Part shown: positions 34,405 to 47,476 of the stretch, one piece after another | How positions within the stretch are numbered: position 1 is the stretch's first letter | Layout of the letters: the number at the start of each line of letters is the position of its first letter | DNA from: Heteronotia binoei | Lineage: Eukaryota | Reading direction: 5' to 3' | Assembly (NCBI RefSeq): GCF_032191835.1 | Contig: NC_083230.1 | Coordinates: 130,758,001-130,822,000, forward strand | DNA: 64,000 nt | Notes under the pieces: generated by a model | Told to the model about the DNA's origin: nothing | What the model saw: only the letters and a program-made list of their open reading frames with translations | Databases searched by the model: none | Made by a program: the position numbers and the translations under genes

Positions 34405-34862
34405 CCAGCATTACAAGATTCTGCATGGGATAGAAAAGGTAGAGAAAGAAGTCCTTTTCTCCCTTTCTCACAATATGAGAACTCGTGGGGACTCTGTGAA
34501 ATTGCTGAGCAGTTGGGTTAGAACGGACAAAAGGAAGTCCTTCTTCACCCAAAGGGTGATTAACATGTGGAATTCACTGCCACAGGAGGTGGTGGCGGCT
34601 ATAAGCATAGCCAGCTTCAAGAGGGGATTGGATAAGCATATGGAGCAGAGGTCCATCAGTGGCTATCAGCCGCAGCGTATTGGTGGAACTCTCTCTCAGG
34701 GGCAGTGATGCTCTGTATTCTTGGTGCTTGGGGTGGGGCACAGTGGGAGGGCTTCTAGCCCCTATGGTGGACCTTCTGATGGCGCCTGGGTTTTTTAGCC
34801 ACAGGGTGTTGGACTGGACGGGCCATTGTGCAGATGCAACATGGCTTCTCTTATGTTCTTAT
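34405..34862 (+). mobile_element. Older CR1 3' fragment (unit component; paralogs at 29490-29740, 50080-50610, 59740-60750)
   Basis: RTRGDSVKLLSSWVRTDKRKSFFTQRVINMWNSLP coding and tail. Confidence 0.85.
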
Positions 34863-35804
34863 CACTGCAAAACAGCCACAACACGTTCGCAGCTGCAACC
34901 ACGCCTCTGCATACAGACTACTGCTGGCTCAGATGAAAGGAGGTTGCACCAACGAAGCCAGGGACTCATCAACAAGTCAATACCCAACGTCGAGACTAGC
35001 TGCCAACTGGCCACATCCATTGTTTTCCCTTTCCTCCTTTTTGTTTTGCTAAAGTTCCCTAGAGGTGTCACAGGCAGTTAGTCTCTGGACTCCGAATTGT
35101 CACGTGGTAACAGAATCCCGGCCTTCATTGGTCCTCAGTGGGAACCAATCAACAGGGCTAAAAACAAATGTCCACTCCAATGAGGGCCACTGCCCAGTGG
35201 TCACTGCTCCTTTTGACTTCAAGTTATGAATCTGACTATTTAAGGTCAAGTAAGTGGGTGTTCTGGGCCCCTCCTGGACTCCCTTATTGCCAGCAAAGGT
35301 TGTCTCCAGACTCTGATTTGGCCGGTTCTTGCTGCCCCCCTTCCCTCCTGCCATGGCTATTGAGATCTTCTCTTCTCTTTGGACAGGTAGTCGTATCACC
35401 CCGTGATGGATGCTTCAGTCCTGCTAATGCAAATGTCCCTATCTAGTTTTTCACCACTGAATATTCCTAGTTCAATTACGATGGTGTGAATGCTAGTGTA
35501 ACTGCATGAGAACTTATTATTAATAAACACCTTGAATTTTAGCAGCAATTCTCCTCAGTTCGTTGGGTCTCTGGACAATTTTGACTCCCGTAGACGTAGG
35601 GCATCGATCCTGCTCTGGCCATTTGCCTATTAATTTAATTCCCCAATTTGATCTCAGAGGAAATTTGGCTAACACTCCCCCCCCCCCCCATTGGATATTG
35701 GATGTGTTACTGATTCATGAGTTCTGGTTCCTCCCTCCTTCCACCAAAGCTTTCCACCTCAGCACCCCTCAATGATCTCTCTCAGCCCTTCCCACATAAG
35801 AGAA

Positions 35805-36400
35805 GCCATTTTGGATCAGGCCAATGGCCCATCCAGTCCAACAATCTGTGTCACATAAGAACATAAGAGAAGCCATGTTGGATCAGGCCAATGGCCCATC
35901 CAGTCCAACACTTTGTCACATGGTGGCCAAAAAAACCCAACAAAAACCAAGTGCCATCTGGAGGTTCACAAGTGAGGCTAGAAGCCCTTCCACATTGCAC
36001 CCCCCCCCCCCAGCACCAAGAATACAGAACATCACTGCCCCAGACAGTTCCAACAATATGCTGTGGCTAAGAGCCACTGATGGACCTCTGCTCCATATTT
36101 TTATCCAGTCCCCTCGTGAATCTGGCTATGCTTGTAACTGCCACCACCTCCTGTGGCAGTGAATTTCACATATTAATCACCCTTTGGGTGAAGAAGGACT
36201 TCCTTTTATCAGTTCTAACCCAACTGCTCAGCAATTTCATGGAGCGCCCACGAGTTCTCATATTGTGAGAAAGGGAGAAAATCACTCCTTTCTCTACCTT
36301 CTGTATCCTGTGCATAATCTTGTAAACCTCTATCATGTCACCCCGCAGTCAATGTTTCTCCAAGCTAAAGAGCCCCAAGCGTTTTCACCTTTCTTCATAG
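35805..36400 (-). mobile_element. CR1 3' fragment with duplicated tail (paralog at 51534-52070)
   Basis: Minus-strand CR1 C-terminal coding and 3'UTR. Confidence 0.82.
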
Positions 36401-36558
36401 GGAAACTGTTTGTTGTGGGGAAAAAGATAAAGGAGATTGTGAGCCGCTCTGAGTCTCTGATTCAGAGAAAAGGGCGGGGTATAAATCTGCGATCTTCTTC
36501 TCCTTCTTCCTGAGGGCTGGCCCTGCCATGACTAGGCAAACTAGGTGACTGCCTAGTG

Positions 36559-36696
36559 CAGGGGTGGGGAACAGTGGCTCTCCAGATTTTTTTTTTGCCT
36601 ACAACTCCCATCAGCCCCAGCCAGCATGGCCAATGGCTGGGGCTGAAGGGAGTTGTAGGCAAAAAGCACCTGGAGAACCACTGTTCCCCACCCCTG
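36559..36696. mobile_element. hAT MITE (138 bp)
   Basis: CAGGGGTGGGGAAC/GTTCCCCACCCCTG TIRs; perfect 8-bp TSD GCCTAGTG at 36551-36558 and 36697-36704. Confidence 0.92.
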
Positions 36697-38309
36697 GCCT
36701 AGTGACTTGGGTATGTTATGTGTGTGTGTGTGGGGAGGGGGGGGGGGTGCCTGAAGTTAAGCCTTGACTAGGGTGCCAGAAATTCTTGGCCCGTCCCTGG
36801 GTCTCCCCCTTGCAAAAAGACTGTGTCTTTGTTCTCCCCATCCTGCATCTACCTGCTTCCTTTGAACAAAGTCTGAGTTCAACGGAACCTTTAAGACCAA
36901 CAACATCTTATTCTGGGGATATGCTTTGTTGTGCATACACAAAAAAGGTTAACCTCAGAATAAAACGTTGTTGGTGTTAAAGGTGCCCCTTGACCCTCAC
37001 TTTGTTCTGCTGCTTCAGACCAACACGGCAACAAGCAACACAGTACATTGCAGGGAAAAAAGCAACAGACAACTGTGTATATACCCAATAAAGAATTTAG
37101 AAACCAATTTAGAAAAGTCTCTGTTTGTTCTTCCATGATACCTCATAGACAGTGCAAAATCTATTTCCAAAGGGGATAGGATCCTCAATAGAAGTGTTTT
37201 CATCCAATTCTCTTAAGGTAATCCAATTCCTCTGCAGAAAAGTTTATTTGAGACATGCAGTCACAGTCTTTCACCATTTACTGTGTGGAATCAAAATATC
37301 GGCTCCAAAGGATTCTTTCTTCTCCTGATGTGCCAGTCGACTAATGGATCACGTTTCGCACAGAAATCCTTTTTCATAGAGCCATTCTCTTCTGTAATAT
37401 CAGTCTATTGACATCAAGCTAAGACTTCTTCATGAAATTCATATTAGGCTCAAAGAGCTCTGTCACAGAGCCATGAACATATGAACATATACTGAATCAG
37501 ACTCTCAGTCCATCCAAGTCAATCTTGTCTACTCAGACTGGCAGTGGCTCTCCAGGGTCTCAAGCTGAGGTTTTTCACACCTATTTGCCTGGACCCTTTT
37601 TAGTTGGAGATGCCGGGGATGGAACCTGGGACCTTCTGCTTCCCAAGCAGATGCTCTACCACTGAGCCACCATCCCTCCCCTGCTCTCCAGGGTCTCAAG
37701 CTGAGGTTTTTCACTCCTATTTGCCTGGACCCTTTTTAGTTGGAAATGCCGGGGATTGAACCTGGGACCTTCTGCTTACTGAGCAGATGCTCTACCACTG
37801 AGCTACCATCCCTCCCTCACTGAGTCAGTTTGGAGTAGTGGTTAAGAGTGCAGACTGTCATCTGGGAGAACCAGGGTTGATTCCCCACTCTTCCACATGC
37901 AACTGGCATTCCCTTGATTGCATTAATTTAAGCTGCCAAAGCAGGAAAAACACAATCTGTCATCCTTTGCTCTTGGTGTGTTCTGTAATCTCAGGGGAAA
38001 CGCTATGTGGACTCCATTCCATTCTACTGAAAGTTTTTTTAAAAAAAAAACCTGAGCAAACCATTGCTCAGTATGACGATGTAGGAGTCAAGAAGTAACT
38101 TTAAGACCAACAAAGTTTTCTTCGGATTGTAAGCTTTCGTATGCCTGCACACTTCTTACAGTACAGACTGAGATAGCTCAGTATGGTTCACCTGGAGTGG
38201 CTGTTTTGCCAGCCAAGGGGCTCGAGAAGCCCACCCGTTTCTGCCTGCCCTTTGAGAGGAGAACTACTCAGCATCTAGACATACTGTTGGCTGGGGAAAG
38301 CTACTACTC

Positions 38310-38705
38310 ACCTTTGCATGTAGATGACAAGTCAAGGTAGGAGTCCTCCTGCTTCTCTTCCGCCTCCTTCTCTGGGCTTTTGGTCCCTGCTCATCCTGTT
38401 TGCAAGATCAGTTTAGCCTAAAGTTGTCATGATGTTACTGCATGGTAGCCCCAAGATGTGGAACCTACACAGGGTCTCGAAAGCCTGTCTCCTCTGCCAG
38501 TGTGAAGTCTCTGGTGCCCTGGAGCAGTAAGAGGTATACCAAACTGATGCTGCCCAGGAGAGCAGAATTCTGTTCTTGGACGAGGGTCCTTTGGGGATGA
38601 TCCTGGATTGGAGGCCTTCAGGGAGTGAAGTGCAGCGGCTGGATGCTCAGGGGGATTTATCTGGGTTGTGTCTCACATCGTCAGGGGAGAGAAATATAAT
38701 TTATA
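38310..38705 (-). promoter_or_regulatory. Putative OR2 promoter/5' non-coding exon
   Basis: TATAAAT at 38705-38699 and AAG|GTGAGT donor (GT at 38311-38310). Confidence 0.5.
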
Positions 38706-38836
38706 CCCAAAGGCACGTCCAGAACTTGTCAGCCTGCTGTGGGCTGGACTAGTTATTTTGTTCTCAGCTTTATCCCCCAATTTACTCCCTGGCCTGAATT
38801 TCTGTTCTGTGCCATTTAGCTGATGTGGGTTGTATT

Positions 38837-39030
38837 CAATGTTCCCTCTAAGTTGCCGAGTCTTGTGAGCAAAAACTCTACTTTGTGAGCTCCTGGCATT
38901 AAAGTTGTGAGCTCCTGCATACATTACTGTGCTCTGGGGTCATCCTTCCTGAGCTAAGACAAAAATGTGTGAGCTGGAAGTTAAAAATCTGTGAGGTAGC
39001 TCACGCTAACTGAGCTTAGAGGGAACACTG
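38837..39030. mobile_element. hAT MITE (paralog of 18336)
   Basis: Same TIRs; perfect GTTGTATT TSD. Confidence 0.9.
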
Positions 39031-39199
39031 GTTGTATTCTGGACTTCTCAAATCTTGTGGCCAAGAGAACTGCTAACAGGAATTCAGACCTGCAAATGGA
39101 GTCTTTTTTTTTTAAAGAATGTTATAGAGGATGTGCCTTTCTCTCCAAGATGGCAGCCACATGGGAAGATGTGCACATTATCGGGCATGTCACTCCTGC

Positions 39200-39612
39200 C
39201 CTGTTAGATTTATTTATTTTTATTTATTTATTTATTTGTAATTTATATCCCGCCCTTCCCACCAGGTGGCTCAGGGCGGCTTACAACATATAAAATCTAA
39301 CATGAGACATAAAAGTTTAACATTTCATACAATTTACATAATTAAAATTAAACAATTCAAACAATTTACATATAAAAATATTAAAACATTCTACAGTCTT
39401 ATAAAACTACACTCGATTTCAAATTTCAGTGCCAGTTAGTTGTAAACCTGCCGGAAGAGGGTTGTCTTACAGGCCCTGCGGAATTGAGCATGATCAAGCA
39501 GGGCCCTTACCTCTTCTGGCAGCTGGTTCCACCAGGAAGGGGCCATTACAGAGAAGGCCCTATCACTCGTAGATTTCAAACGGGCTTCCTTTGGCCCCGG
39601 GACAACAAGGGA
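39200..39612 (-). mobile_element. L2 3' fragment (paralog of 18715)
   Basis: DRAFSVMAPSWWNQLP...TTLFRQVY coding and (TAAA)n tail. Confidence 0.88.
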
Positions 39613-40006
39613 CAATTTATGCCAGAGAATCCATGGTGTTTCAAAAAAGGACTTATTGTAAACATAAAACAGAACAGCTTTCTCCCTTGGAATTCCCTTT
39701 TCCCAGGTTTTTTTGTTGTTGTTGTTGGAAGGAAGAAATGGACAATGCAAGGTGTCCTAAAGCAAGCTTACAGAATTTGGAGGGAGCAATAGAACTAGAA
39801 GGTCAGTTTGGTGTAGTGGTTAAGAGCACGGACTCTAATCTGGGACAACTGGGAATCCAAGGCCTGCATAAAGTAACAGGAGTTTCAAGAAAGACATGAG
39901 GCCCTTTAAGTTCCACCATGTGGGTTTTAAGGCACAGTTAATACATTATACCATTTGAAATATATGTTAAAAACATTAAGATCATGCCAAAAACAAAAGA
40001 TCTGTA

Positions 40007-41048
40007 TGTTAACCGGTTTTTAGGAGCGGTGCCCCTATCCAATAACAATTACCAGGCGGAGACTTGTTGTTCAGAGAAAAGCAGCTTTATTTTCGCTTTC
40101 TGCAGACAGCGGAGAGAGACAAGCAAAGACAAGGCGTCTCTCTGCCTGATTTGGCCAAGCCCCTTGCCTTTTAAAAGGTTCCCGACGTCACTCCCTCTCT
40201 TGCTCTGAGGCTGATTGCCATTGGCGCAGAGCTCACAGTCTGACTTCAACGACCGTTAGGCTAGGGCTTTTAGCCATATAAGGTAAAAGTTACAAATATC
40301 CCCACCCAGCAACACTTCCTCTTGTCAGAACTTGTAACTTTATCTATATGCTTAGCTAGAATGGTACTCAGTTAGCACAACCGACTCCATATTGTGAACT
40401 TTACTAACCCTGTGATTCTGCATTTCAAACAAACACTAACCACTGAATGGTGACGGATAACCACTCACAAACATCTGCAGGTGCCCTTTGAAGCCGGCAG
40501 GCCAGAGAAAGACAGAGGGGCTTCTTCCTCCTTGAGGGGAAATAAGGAGCCTGGGAACAAACAACTGTCTCTCTGGGTGTGAGAAAGGAATAATGCGTTT
40601 TCTTTGAAGTTCCCAGTTCTGACACCTCTTATCTATGCAGTAACAGTGTGCATGACTCAACTGAGTATACAGCTCTAAAACTAATTTTGCCCTAGTGGCT
40701 AATTGTTTGTACCATATCTTACCCTACTCTTCATGCTAAATATCATAGATTTATAACAGTTTGGCTTGCTTAATTCATGAAAAACATTTCCCCTGAAAAA
40801 GGCTACTTATGCTGGCTAGAAAGGCAATGTATAAAAAACAGAAAACAAAAAAGGAAGTTTTAACTATAAACCTAAAACTAAAGGGTTGCTAAGAGACTGC
40901 AGTAGGAAATGGCATAAGCACAAAACCACATCAGGAAGCTAGCACACAAAAGTTCAACTGCCAAAAGCTGAGGAAGGGGTGGGGGCCTTCTGGCTTTTAT
41001 ACTTCTTCTTTTCATTGAATTAATGAACATTAACTATTTATTCTATCA
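40007..41048 (-). repeat. ERV 3' LTR
   Basis: Direct repeat of 46445-47476; minus-strand AATAAA at 40091-40086; CCAAT-like boxes near 40215-40225. Confidence 0.95.
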
Positions 41049-41059
41049 ACCCCCACTTT

Positions 41060-42130
41060 TCTTTATACCATATTCATTCATTCACTGTATATATGGTGTC
41101 TTGAAATCTACAGATAGTTATCTTTCCAGAACAATGAAATACAGTTTTGTAAATCAATGTTTGCATAATTTGTTGTCCCTTCTTGGTACTGACCAGACAA
41201 GGGCATTCATTGTCCTGGGTGACAATGGCATGGATTATGCCCACCAATGTTGAGACCAAGAAATATGTGGTAACCTGTGATTGGGGTCCCAGCATTTTGA
41301 AGGGTGTTCCCCACCTGGTCGCCAAACAGTTAGAGATTTACAATCTCTACAAGTATTACACAATCTTTCTCCCCACTGGCCAATATCGAAATATATCCAA
41401 TTACTCGAGTCTCTACTTTTAGGTGGATTTAGACCTCTTGTGGTCTCCACTTCAGAGTCAAATAACGAGGTGTCTCCTTCGGGGTCCCAGTTACACGCCT
41501 CCCACTTTCTCCACTTCTGTGACTCCAAATCTATCTTTCTTTTTGCAAACACAAAAGCTTTCCTGTATATATTAGTAGTGGGGTTCGCACCCACACAGAT
41601 CCTGATACGAAATTCCCGAGGCCAGGTGCAAAGGGTTCAAAAAATGTTTGTCCTAATAGCAAAAGATCTAAATGGGAGCACCACTTTCCTTTCCACAAAA
41701 CGATTTCCTTTGTAGTTAAATTATCTGGCAAAGCCCCATGTACAGCCTCTAAACGCTGTAGCAGGGTCCACTCTGAAACATCGGGTTGACTCAAATTCCA
41801 CATTTAACTATAATATTTTCTTACACAGTATTGATGGTGCCAAAACTCGGGGTCTACCACCTCCTTTCTTGCAGCTTCCCCGTTTCTTGCCCCTTCTGTA
41901 GTACTCCTTGTTTCATCCATCTCCCAAAATCGCACTTTTCGACCAAAACTCACAGCTTTAAACCTTAAACCCCAAATGGTTGGTGCAGTATCAATTAAAT
42001 TTACCCAAACCTCCCACCTTTCCTTTTCACCCTTCTTTTCTGCAGGAAAGTACACAAGTTTAAACTGCCAATGATCTTCCACAGGACCCGGTCCACCCAC
42101 AGGTTTACAAAACAATACTTGTCCGGGCAT
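41060..42130 (-). pseudogene. ERV env remnant (largely deleted)
   Basis: ORF 41804-42130 follows IN. The hydrophobic segment TTYFLVSTLVGIIHAIV...CPCLV before the PPT resembles a TM anchor. Confidence 0.5.
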
Positions 42131-43060
42131 TTATTTATCTGCTCGCCGTTTGAAAGTAATTTTTAAGTCTTTTCCAGGTACTGGATTCGATTCCCACTCA
42201 GCCTCTGGGGAAACTACGTGCTTTGCCCAGGTGTGATGAGTCCACCCTGCTTCTTTCATCTGGATTGCTGTCTCCGTAGTTAGAAGGATTTGGTAGGGAC
42301 CCAACCACTTTGGAACCAGGGACTCTGTCTTCCACGCCTTGATGTATGCCCACTGGCCTGGCAGATAAGAATGGACCGGGGTCTCAAGTGGAGTCCTTTG
42401 AACAGTCACACCAGCCACCCTATTTTGAGAAAGAATAGAAAACAGTGCCAGCAAATATTTTCTTAAATAGGCATCTTTCAGTAGGTGCAAGTCGGGATTT
42501 CCAGAGCCTGGGGTTACGTCCCAAACTCCCATGCCGTACAAGCACTCAAATGGTGAAAGGCCAGTAGACTGATGAGGCCTTGTCTGGATGTCAAATAATA
42601 CTAAAGGTAACATTTCACACTCTGGTTCATACATTTGGTCTTTCCTGAACTCTGGGGTTGCCAGGGGGTGTGGAGCTTCCATTTTACTCCCAGAGCCTCC
42701 ATAACCTGGTGCAGAACCTTCTGGGTAAAGTGCCCCTATCAGAGCTTAAACTTTAAAAAAGACCAAAACGTGGGATAATCTGTTCCAATAGTATTCTAAA
42801 CAACCATATTAGCAGTTGCTCTGGTTGTGGGGAAAGCTTCTACTCACCCAGTCAATTGGTCAGTGAGGACCAGGCAATGTTTAACCCTTCCCACCTGAGG
42901 CAAATCAATGAAATCACACTGGATACATTCGAAGGGATGCACTGCCAACGGTCTCCCACCCATCTCGGTTTTCTGAGAGTTGTGTTTTGTTTGCCCGCTG
43001 GCAAGGAGTACATCTGGCCACCAGAGCGTTGGCCTGGGACTACACCCGTCGTCCCACAAA
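42131..43060 (-). pseudogene. ERV integrase remnant
   Basis: PFECIQCDFIDLPQVGRVKHCLVLTDQLTG core, GLSPFECLYG and KWLGPYQILLTT (GPY/F); frameshifted. Confidence 0.9.
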
Positions 43061-43269
43061 TTTTTCTAGAAAGGTTTGGACCAATTCAGAATATCCTTCA
43101 ATCCACTGTCTACAAAAACTCACTGTTCCCAAAAATCCTTTTATTTCCCTTTTTCATTTCTAACTTCTGGATTCCTTCAATCCTCTGGGGGTTTTAAGTC
43201 ACCACCCACAATCCTCTTTGTCTCAAAAAAAAATTCAATAAGCTTATACTAGCTTTCTCAACCTAATTT

Positions 43270-44085
43270 TCCACCTCTCCACTTATCAACAAGTCATTTA
43301 CATTTTCCATTCCTGCAATACAGAAGCCAATGCTTCCCCAAAAATTGTGGGGGATTCTGTGTATCCCTGGGGCAGTACTTTCCATTGAAAACCTGGTCAA
43401 ATGGCCAGTGTCAGGGTGAGGCCACTGGAAGGCAAAAATAGACCTTGATTCACTGGCCAGGGGAACACAGAAAAAAGGCAGATTTCAAATCAATCACAGT
43501 ATACACTTTATGACAACAGGGAATGCTCTGCAAAATTTGAGGGGGACAGGTACCATGGGGGCTCATGGAATCACAACCTTGTTTACTTCCTTAAGATCCT
43601 TATCTTTACTGGGGGGATCTGTAACAATCCTGGGTTACCCGGGCACGCCCAAATTTTGGGGTCAATTTTTTTTTCCATGCACTTCTTTCAGCGCAGCCAT
43701 TCTGACTGCACAGACCCAATTTGCACATTAAATCTCTAGCTCCCAACAGGCAAGTGTCTGAAACAGGCATTCAAAAGAACCATGTAGCTCCACACCTGCC
43801 CTCCCCTTGCATTGAACTTGAAGGGGTTTTAAAATGGGCACTGAGCCCTCACAATTTTCTATTCCCACAATTTTACAATGCCTTCCCACACTACTTTCCA
43901 GAGTTTCAAATTTCCCTGCCCCCAACATTCCTTCTGACACAGCATTTGTATACATTCTCCACTCCTTGCTCCTGAATCCACCAAAAATTCCACATCTATA
44001 CCTAACTCACCCATCCTTAAAGTTAACAAAGGCTCGGCTAAGGGGGGGCTAAATGCCAGACAGCCCTGACCCCCTATTCCTAATC
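43270..44085 (-). pseudogene. ERV protease and partial RT remnant
   Basis: VEFLVDSGA (DSG at 43978-43970) and LGARDLMCKLG. RT: FCVPLASESRSIFAFQW, WKVLPQGYTESPTIFGEAL, VNDLLISG (degenerate YVDD). RNase H was not seen. Confidence 0.85.
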
Positions 44086-45399
44086 CTCAGAACACCTTGC
44101 CTGCCTCACCAATTTTTCTGTTTCAAACCCCGTCCTTGCTCCCTCTTCACGATTCACCCCCTCTTCTCTGCTCTCGTCCTGTCTCTGCAAACCTGGGTTT
44201 TGTGACCCCTGTCTCACGACTACATTCAAAAAACCCTTCATACCAAACTCTGACACATCTTTAAACTATCTCATATCAAAACCCCTTTCAGACACTGAGA
44301 GTGTAAGCTCTAGTTTTTAATAACATTATTTCATATTGTGAGGACCTTTTGATACAGTTCTCTTGTACTTCAGAATGACAAAAGAGTTGGTGTACCTGGG
44401 CATTTGCTCTCCAGCACTAGTCAAACAGATGCTCCTAATACACAGTAGAAATCTACCTATTAACTAAATCGACCAAACAAAAAAAATTATCCTTCTTAGA
44501 ATAGTAATCTAATTTACTAAGCATCCCCAACAGACCTTGGCAAACTCAAGTGAGGATGCCACAAGCATGACTCAGTAGCTACTGAGATATTTTAATTTTT
44601 TCTCTCCAAAATTTGCCTAATCCTTTTTAAGCATCCACTAATGTCAGTAAAAAATTACCTCTATATCATAAGTTAAATATTATAAAGCAATGTTTCTTGC
44701 AGCCTTTTAAAATCGATTTTCAGTCAGATTTTTATGCCTATAACACACTATTATATAATCCTTGCATTTCTGGATGCACTCTCCCAAAATAGCACCCTCA
44801 CACCCACCGTTTAAGCTGTAAGAGGACTGTCCTCTCCACAAACTTTTATAATAATAATAATAATAATAATAATAATTAACTTTTTATTTGTATACTGCCC
44901 TCCCCGCAAGGGCAGACTAAGGCCGGCTTCCATACCCCTGCCATTCTCTCCTGTATTGCACTGCATCTTGCAGGGCAGTCCAATCCATTGCATTTTAAAT
45001 CTCCTTTCCTTCCTAAATCTGCATGAAAACTTACAAGTATCCTCTCAATCATCTTCCTTTGTTCCAAACCTTGTTCCTTTCTCCTGCTCTTTCTCTCTCC
45101 TACTTTCTTTTCACCCCCCCCCCCTTCTCTTCCTCTGGGCTGTTATGGTCTGTTGTGAACCATAAGCCGCATTCCTTTTCTCTAGCCTTTTCCTCGCCCC
45201 ATTTTCTTTCCTCCAAATTTCCTTTTGCTTTTATGTATGTGATCCCTGCCAGCTAATCTGAGCTGGTTAGTGGGACCTTACCCCAATTGGTCTCCCATAG
45301 ACACTTACCTAAGGGGGGACATTTTTTAATTTTTCTTTTTCTCTGGCTTCAATAATTTGCCTGGGCTTTCTCTCCTTTTGTAAAAGAATAATTTTCAAC

Positions 45400-46040
45400 T
45401 CTTTTCAGTCTCCGCCTCTTTGTAAGAGAGGAGATGACCCTGCCTTTCTCCACTTAAGGCGGCCACTATCTCGCCTACAGGAGAGCGGGGGGGGGCAGCC
45501 ACAGCCACTTCGTCTCCCCGCCCCCTCCTTTCTCTTTACCTCCTTGAATGGGGAGCAGATGGGCTTATATTCTAAAGGGTCAAATGAAGACATTTTCTGA
45601 TTGTTTTGTTTAGGCTTCTCCCAGGCCACCTTAAGGAGGCTGGGGAGCAATAGCCGTCTAATGAAGGCTATTCACAGCAAATGTACGGAGCTTCCTTTCC
45701 CACTCTGGGACTAGGCTCCTGTTCCAAATATAAACGATGATCTCATATGCCTGTGTTGTTTTACAGGAACCTCATTTGTGGCTACCTAAGTGGTCCAATG
45801 TAAAAAAATACAGCCATTCAATAATACACAGTCAGACCATTTACACACCAGGAAGGGGATCTAAACCTCGTGACTAATTTTATCTTTAGGTGCCTCAAAC
45901 CCCAAATTCCTTTATCCCAATTGGAGAGTAGTCTTCTCAATGAACTATCTCCGGGAATTCCTGACTCTGGCCTCTCCAAAGTCTGGGCGTCCCCAACGGA
46001 ATTCCCTTCCCCTTTGGCGCCTGTTTTCCTCATCCTTGAT
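45400..46040 (-). pseudogene. ERV gag matrix remnant
   Basis: IPGDSSLRRLLSNWDKG...SFDPL resembles a class I MA; it lies downstream of the PBS and splice donor. Confidence 0.55.
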
Positions 46041-46210
46041 GCTCTATTATTAGGGGACTCAAAACCCCAATTCTCATTCCTCTTTACCTTAGACGTCTTA
46101 TTTTACCGTCCCATTATAAAAAAAAGGACTCGCACACACAGCATTCACACCAACAAACAGACTCAACACCCAAAACTATTTTAGTTTTCCCCCACACTAT
46201 TTTATATTCT

Positions 46211-46217
46211 ACTCACC
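46211..46217 (-). promoter_or_regulatory. ERV major splice donor
   Basis: CCG|GTGAGT about 200 nt downstream of the PBS. Confidence 0.6.
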
Positions 46218-46421
46218 GGTTCCACACAGCAGACTCCTCCGGTGGGCTGTTTTCAACTGAATGTCCCCTTGTGGGTTCTTGGGGAGTAAGGTGCCACCCC
46301 TCAAACAGCGAGTTGGCAGCTGAACTCAGCTGGGGAGCCCTCCAAAATCGCAGGAGAGGAGCGTTCACGCTGCTCTCCAATGGACCAGGACCAAAGGCCC
46401 AACCCCAAAGGGGGCTTCTCT

Positions 46422-46439
46422 ATCCCACTTCTGACACCA
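46422..46439 (-). other. ERV primer binding site, tRNA-Leu
   Basis: TGGTGTCAGAAGTGGGAT, 5 nt after the 5' LTR, complementary to the 3' end of vertebrate tRNA-Leu(CAG/CAA) ...AUCCCACUUCUGACACCA. Confidence 0.88.
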
Positions 46440-46444
46440 GAAAT

Positions 46445-47476
46445 TGTTAACCGGTTTTTAGGAGCGATGCCCCTATCCAATAAAAATTACCAGGCGGAGA
46501 CTTGTTGTTCAGAGAAAAGCAGCTTTATTTTCGCTTTCTGCAGACAGCGGAGAGAGACAAGCAAAGACTCTCTGCCTGATTTGGCCAAGCCCCTTGCCTT
46601 TTAAAAGGTTCCCAACGTCACTCCCTCTCTTGCTCTGAGGCTGATTGCCATTGGCGCAGAGCTTACAGTCTGACTTCAACGACCGTTAGGCTAGGGCTTT
46701 TAGCCATATAAGGTAAAAGTTACAAATATCCCCGCCCAGCAACACTTCCTCTTGTCAGAACTTGTAACTTTATCTATATGCTTAGCTAGAATGGTACTCA
46801 GTTAGCACAACCGACTCCATATTGTGAACTTTACTAACCCTGTGATTCTGCATTTCAAACAAACACTAACCACTGAAGGGTGACGGATAACCACTCACAA
46901 ACATCTGCAGGTCCCCTTTGAAGCCGGCAGGCCAGAGAAAGACAGAGGGGCTTCTTCCTCCTTGAGGGGAAATAAGGAGCCTGGGAACAAACAACTGTCT
47001 CTCTGGGTGTGAGAAAGGAATAATGCGTTTTCTTTGAAGTTCCCAGTTCTGACACCTCTTATCTATGCAGTAACAGTGTGCATGACTCAACTGAGTATAC
47101 AGCTCTAAAACTAATTTTGCCCTAGTGGCTAATTGTTTGTACCATATCTTAACCTACTCTTCATGCTAAATATCATAGATTTATAAGTTTGGCTTGCTTA
47201 ATTCATGAAAAACATTTCCCCAGAAAAAGGTTACTTATGCTGGCTAGAAAGGCAATGTATAAAAAACAGAAAACAAAAAAGGAAGTTTTAACTCTAAACC
47301 TAAAACTAAAGGGTTGCTAAGAGACTGCAGTAGGAAATGGCATAAGCACAAAACCACATCAGGAAGCTAGCACACAAAAGTTCAACTGCCAAAAGCTGAG
47401 GAAGGGGTGGGGGCCTTCTGGCTTTTATACTTCTTCTTTTCATTGAATTAATGAACATTAACTATTTATTCTATCA
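46445..47476 (-). repeat. ERV 5' LTR
   Basis: About 11 substitutions and 2 indels (8 and 2 bp) versus the 3' LTR by eye; AATAAA at 46529-46524. Confidence 0.95.

Larger units (their letters stand above)
40007..47476 (-). mobile_element. Class I (gamma/epsilon-like) endogenous retrovirus, 7470 bp, defective
   Basis: LTRs at 40007-41048 and 46445-47476 (TG...CA); TGTA TSD; PPT at 41049-41064; PBS; gag, pro, RT, IN and env remnants. Confidence 0.95.

Noticed and set aside
44849-44935. Novel ERV accessory ORF with a poly-Ile run
   Set aside because: The run is an (ATA)n microsatellite belonging to a small L2-like tail inserted in the ERV.
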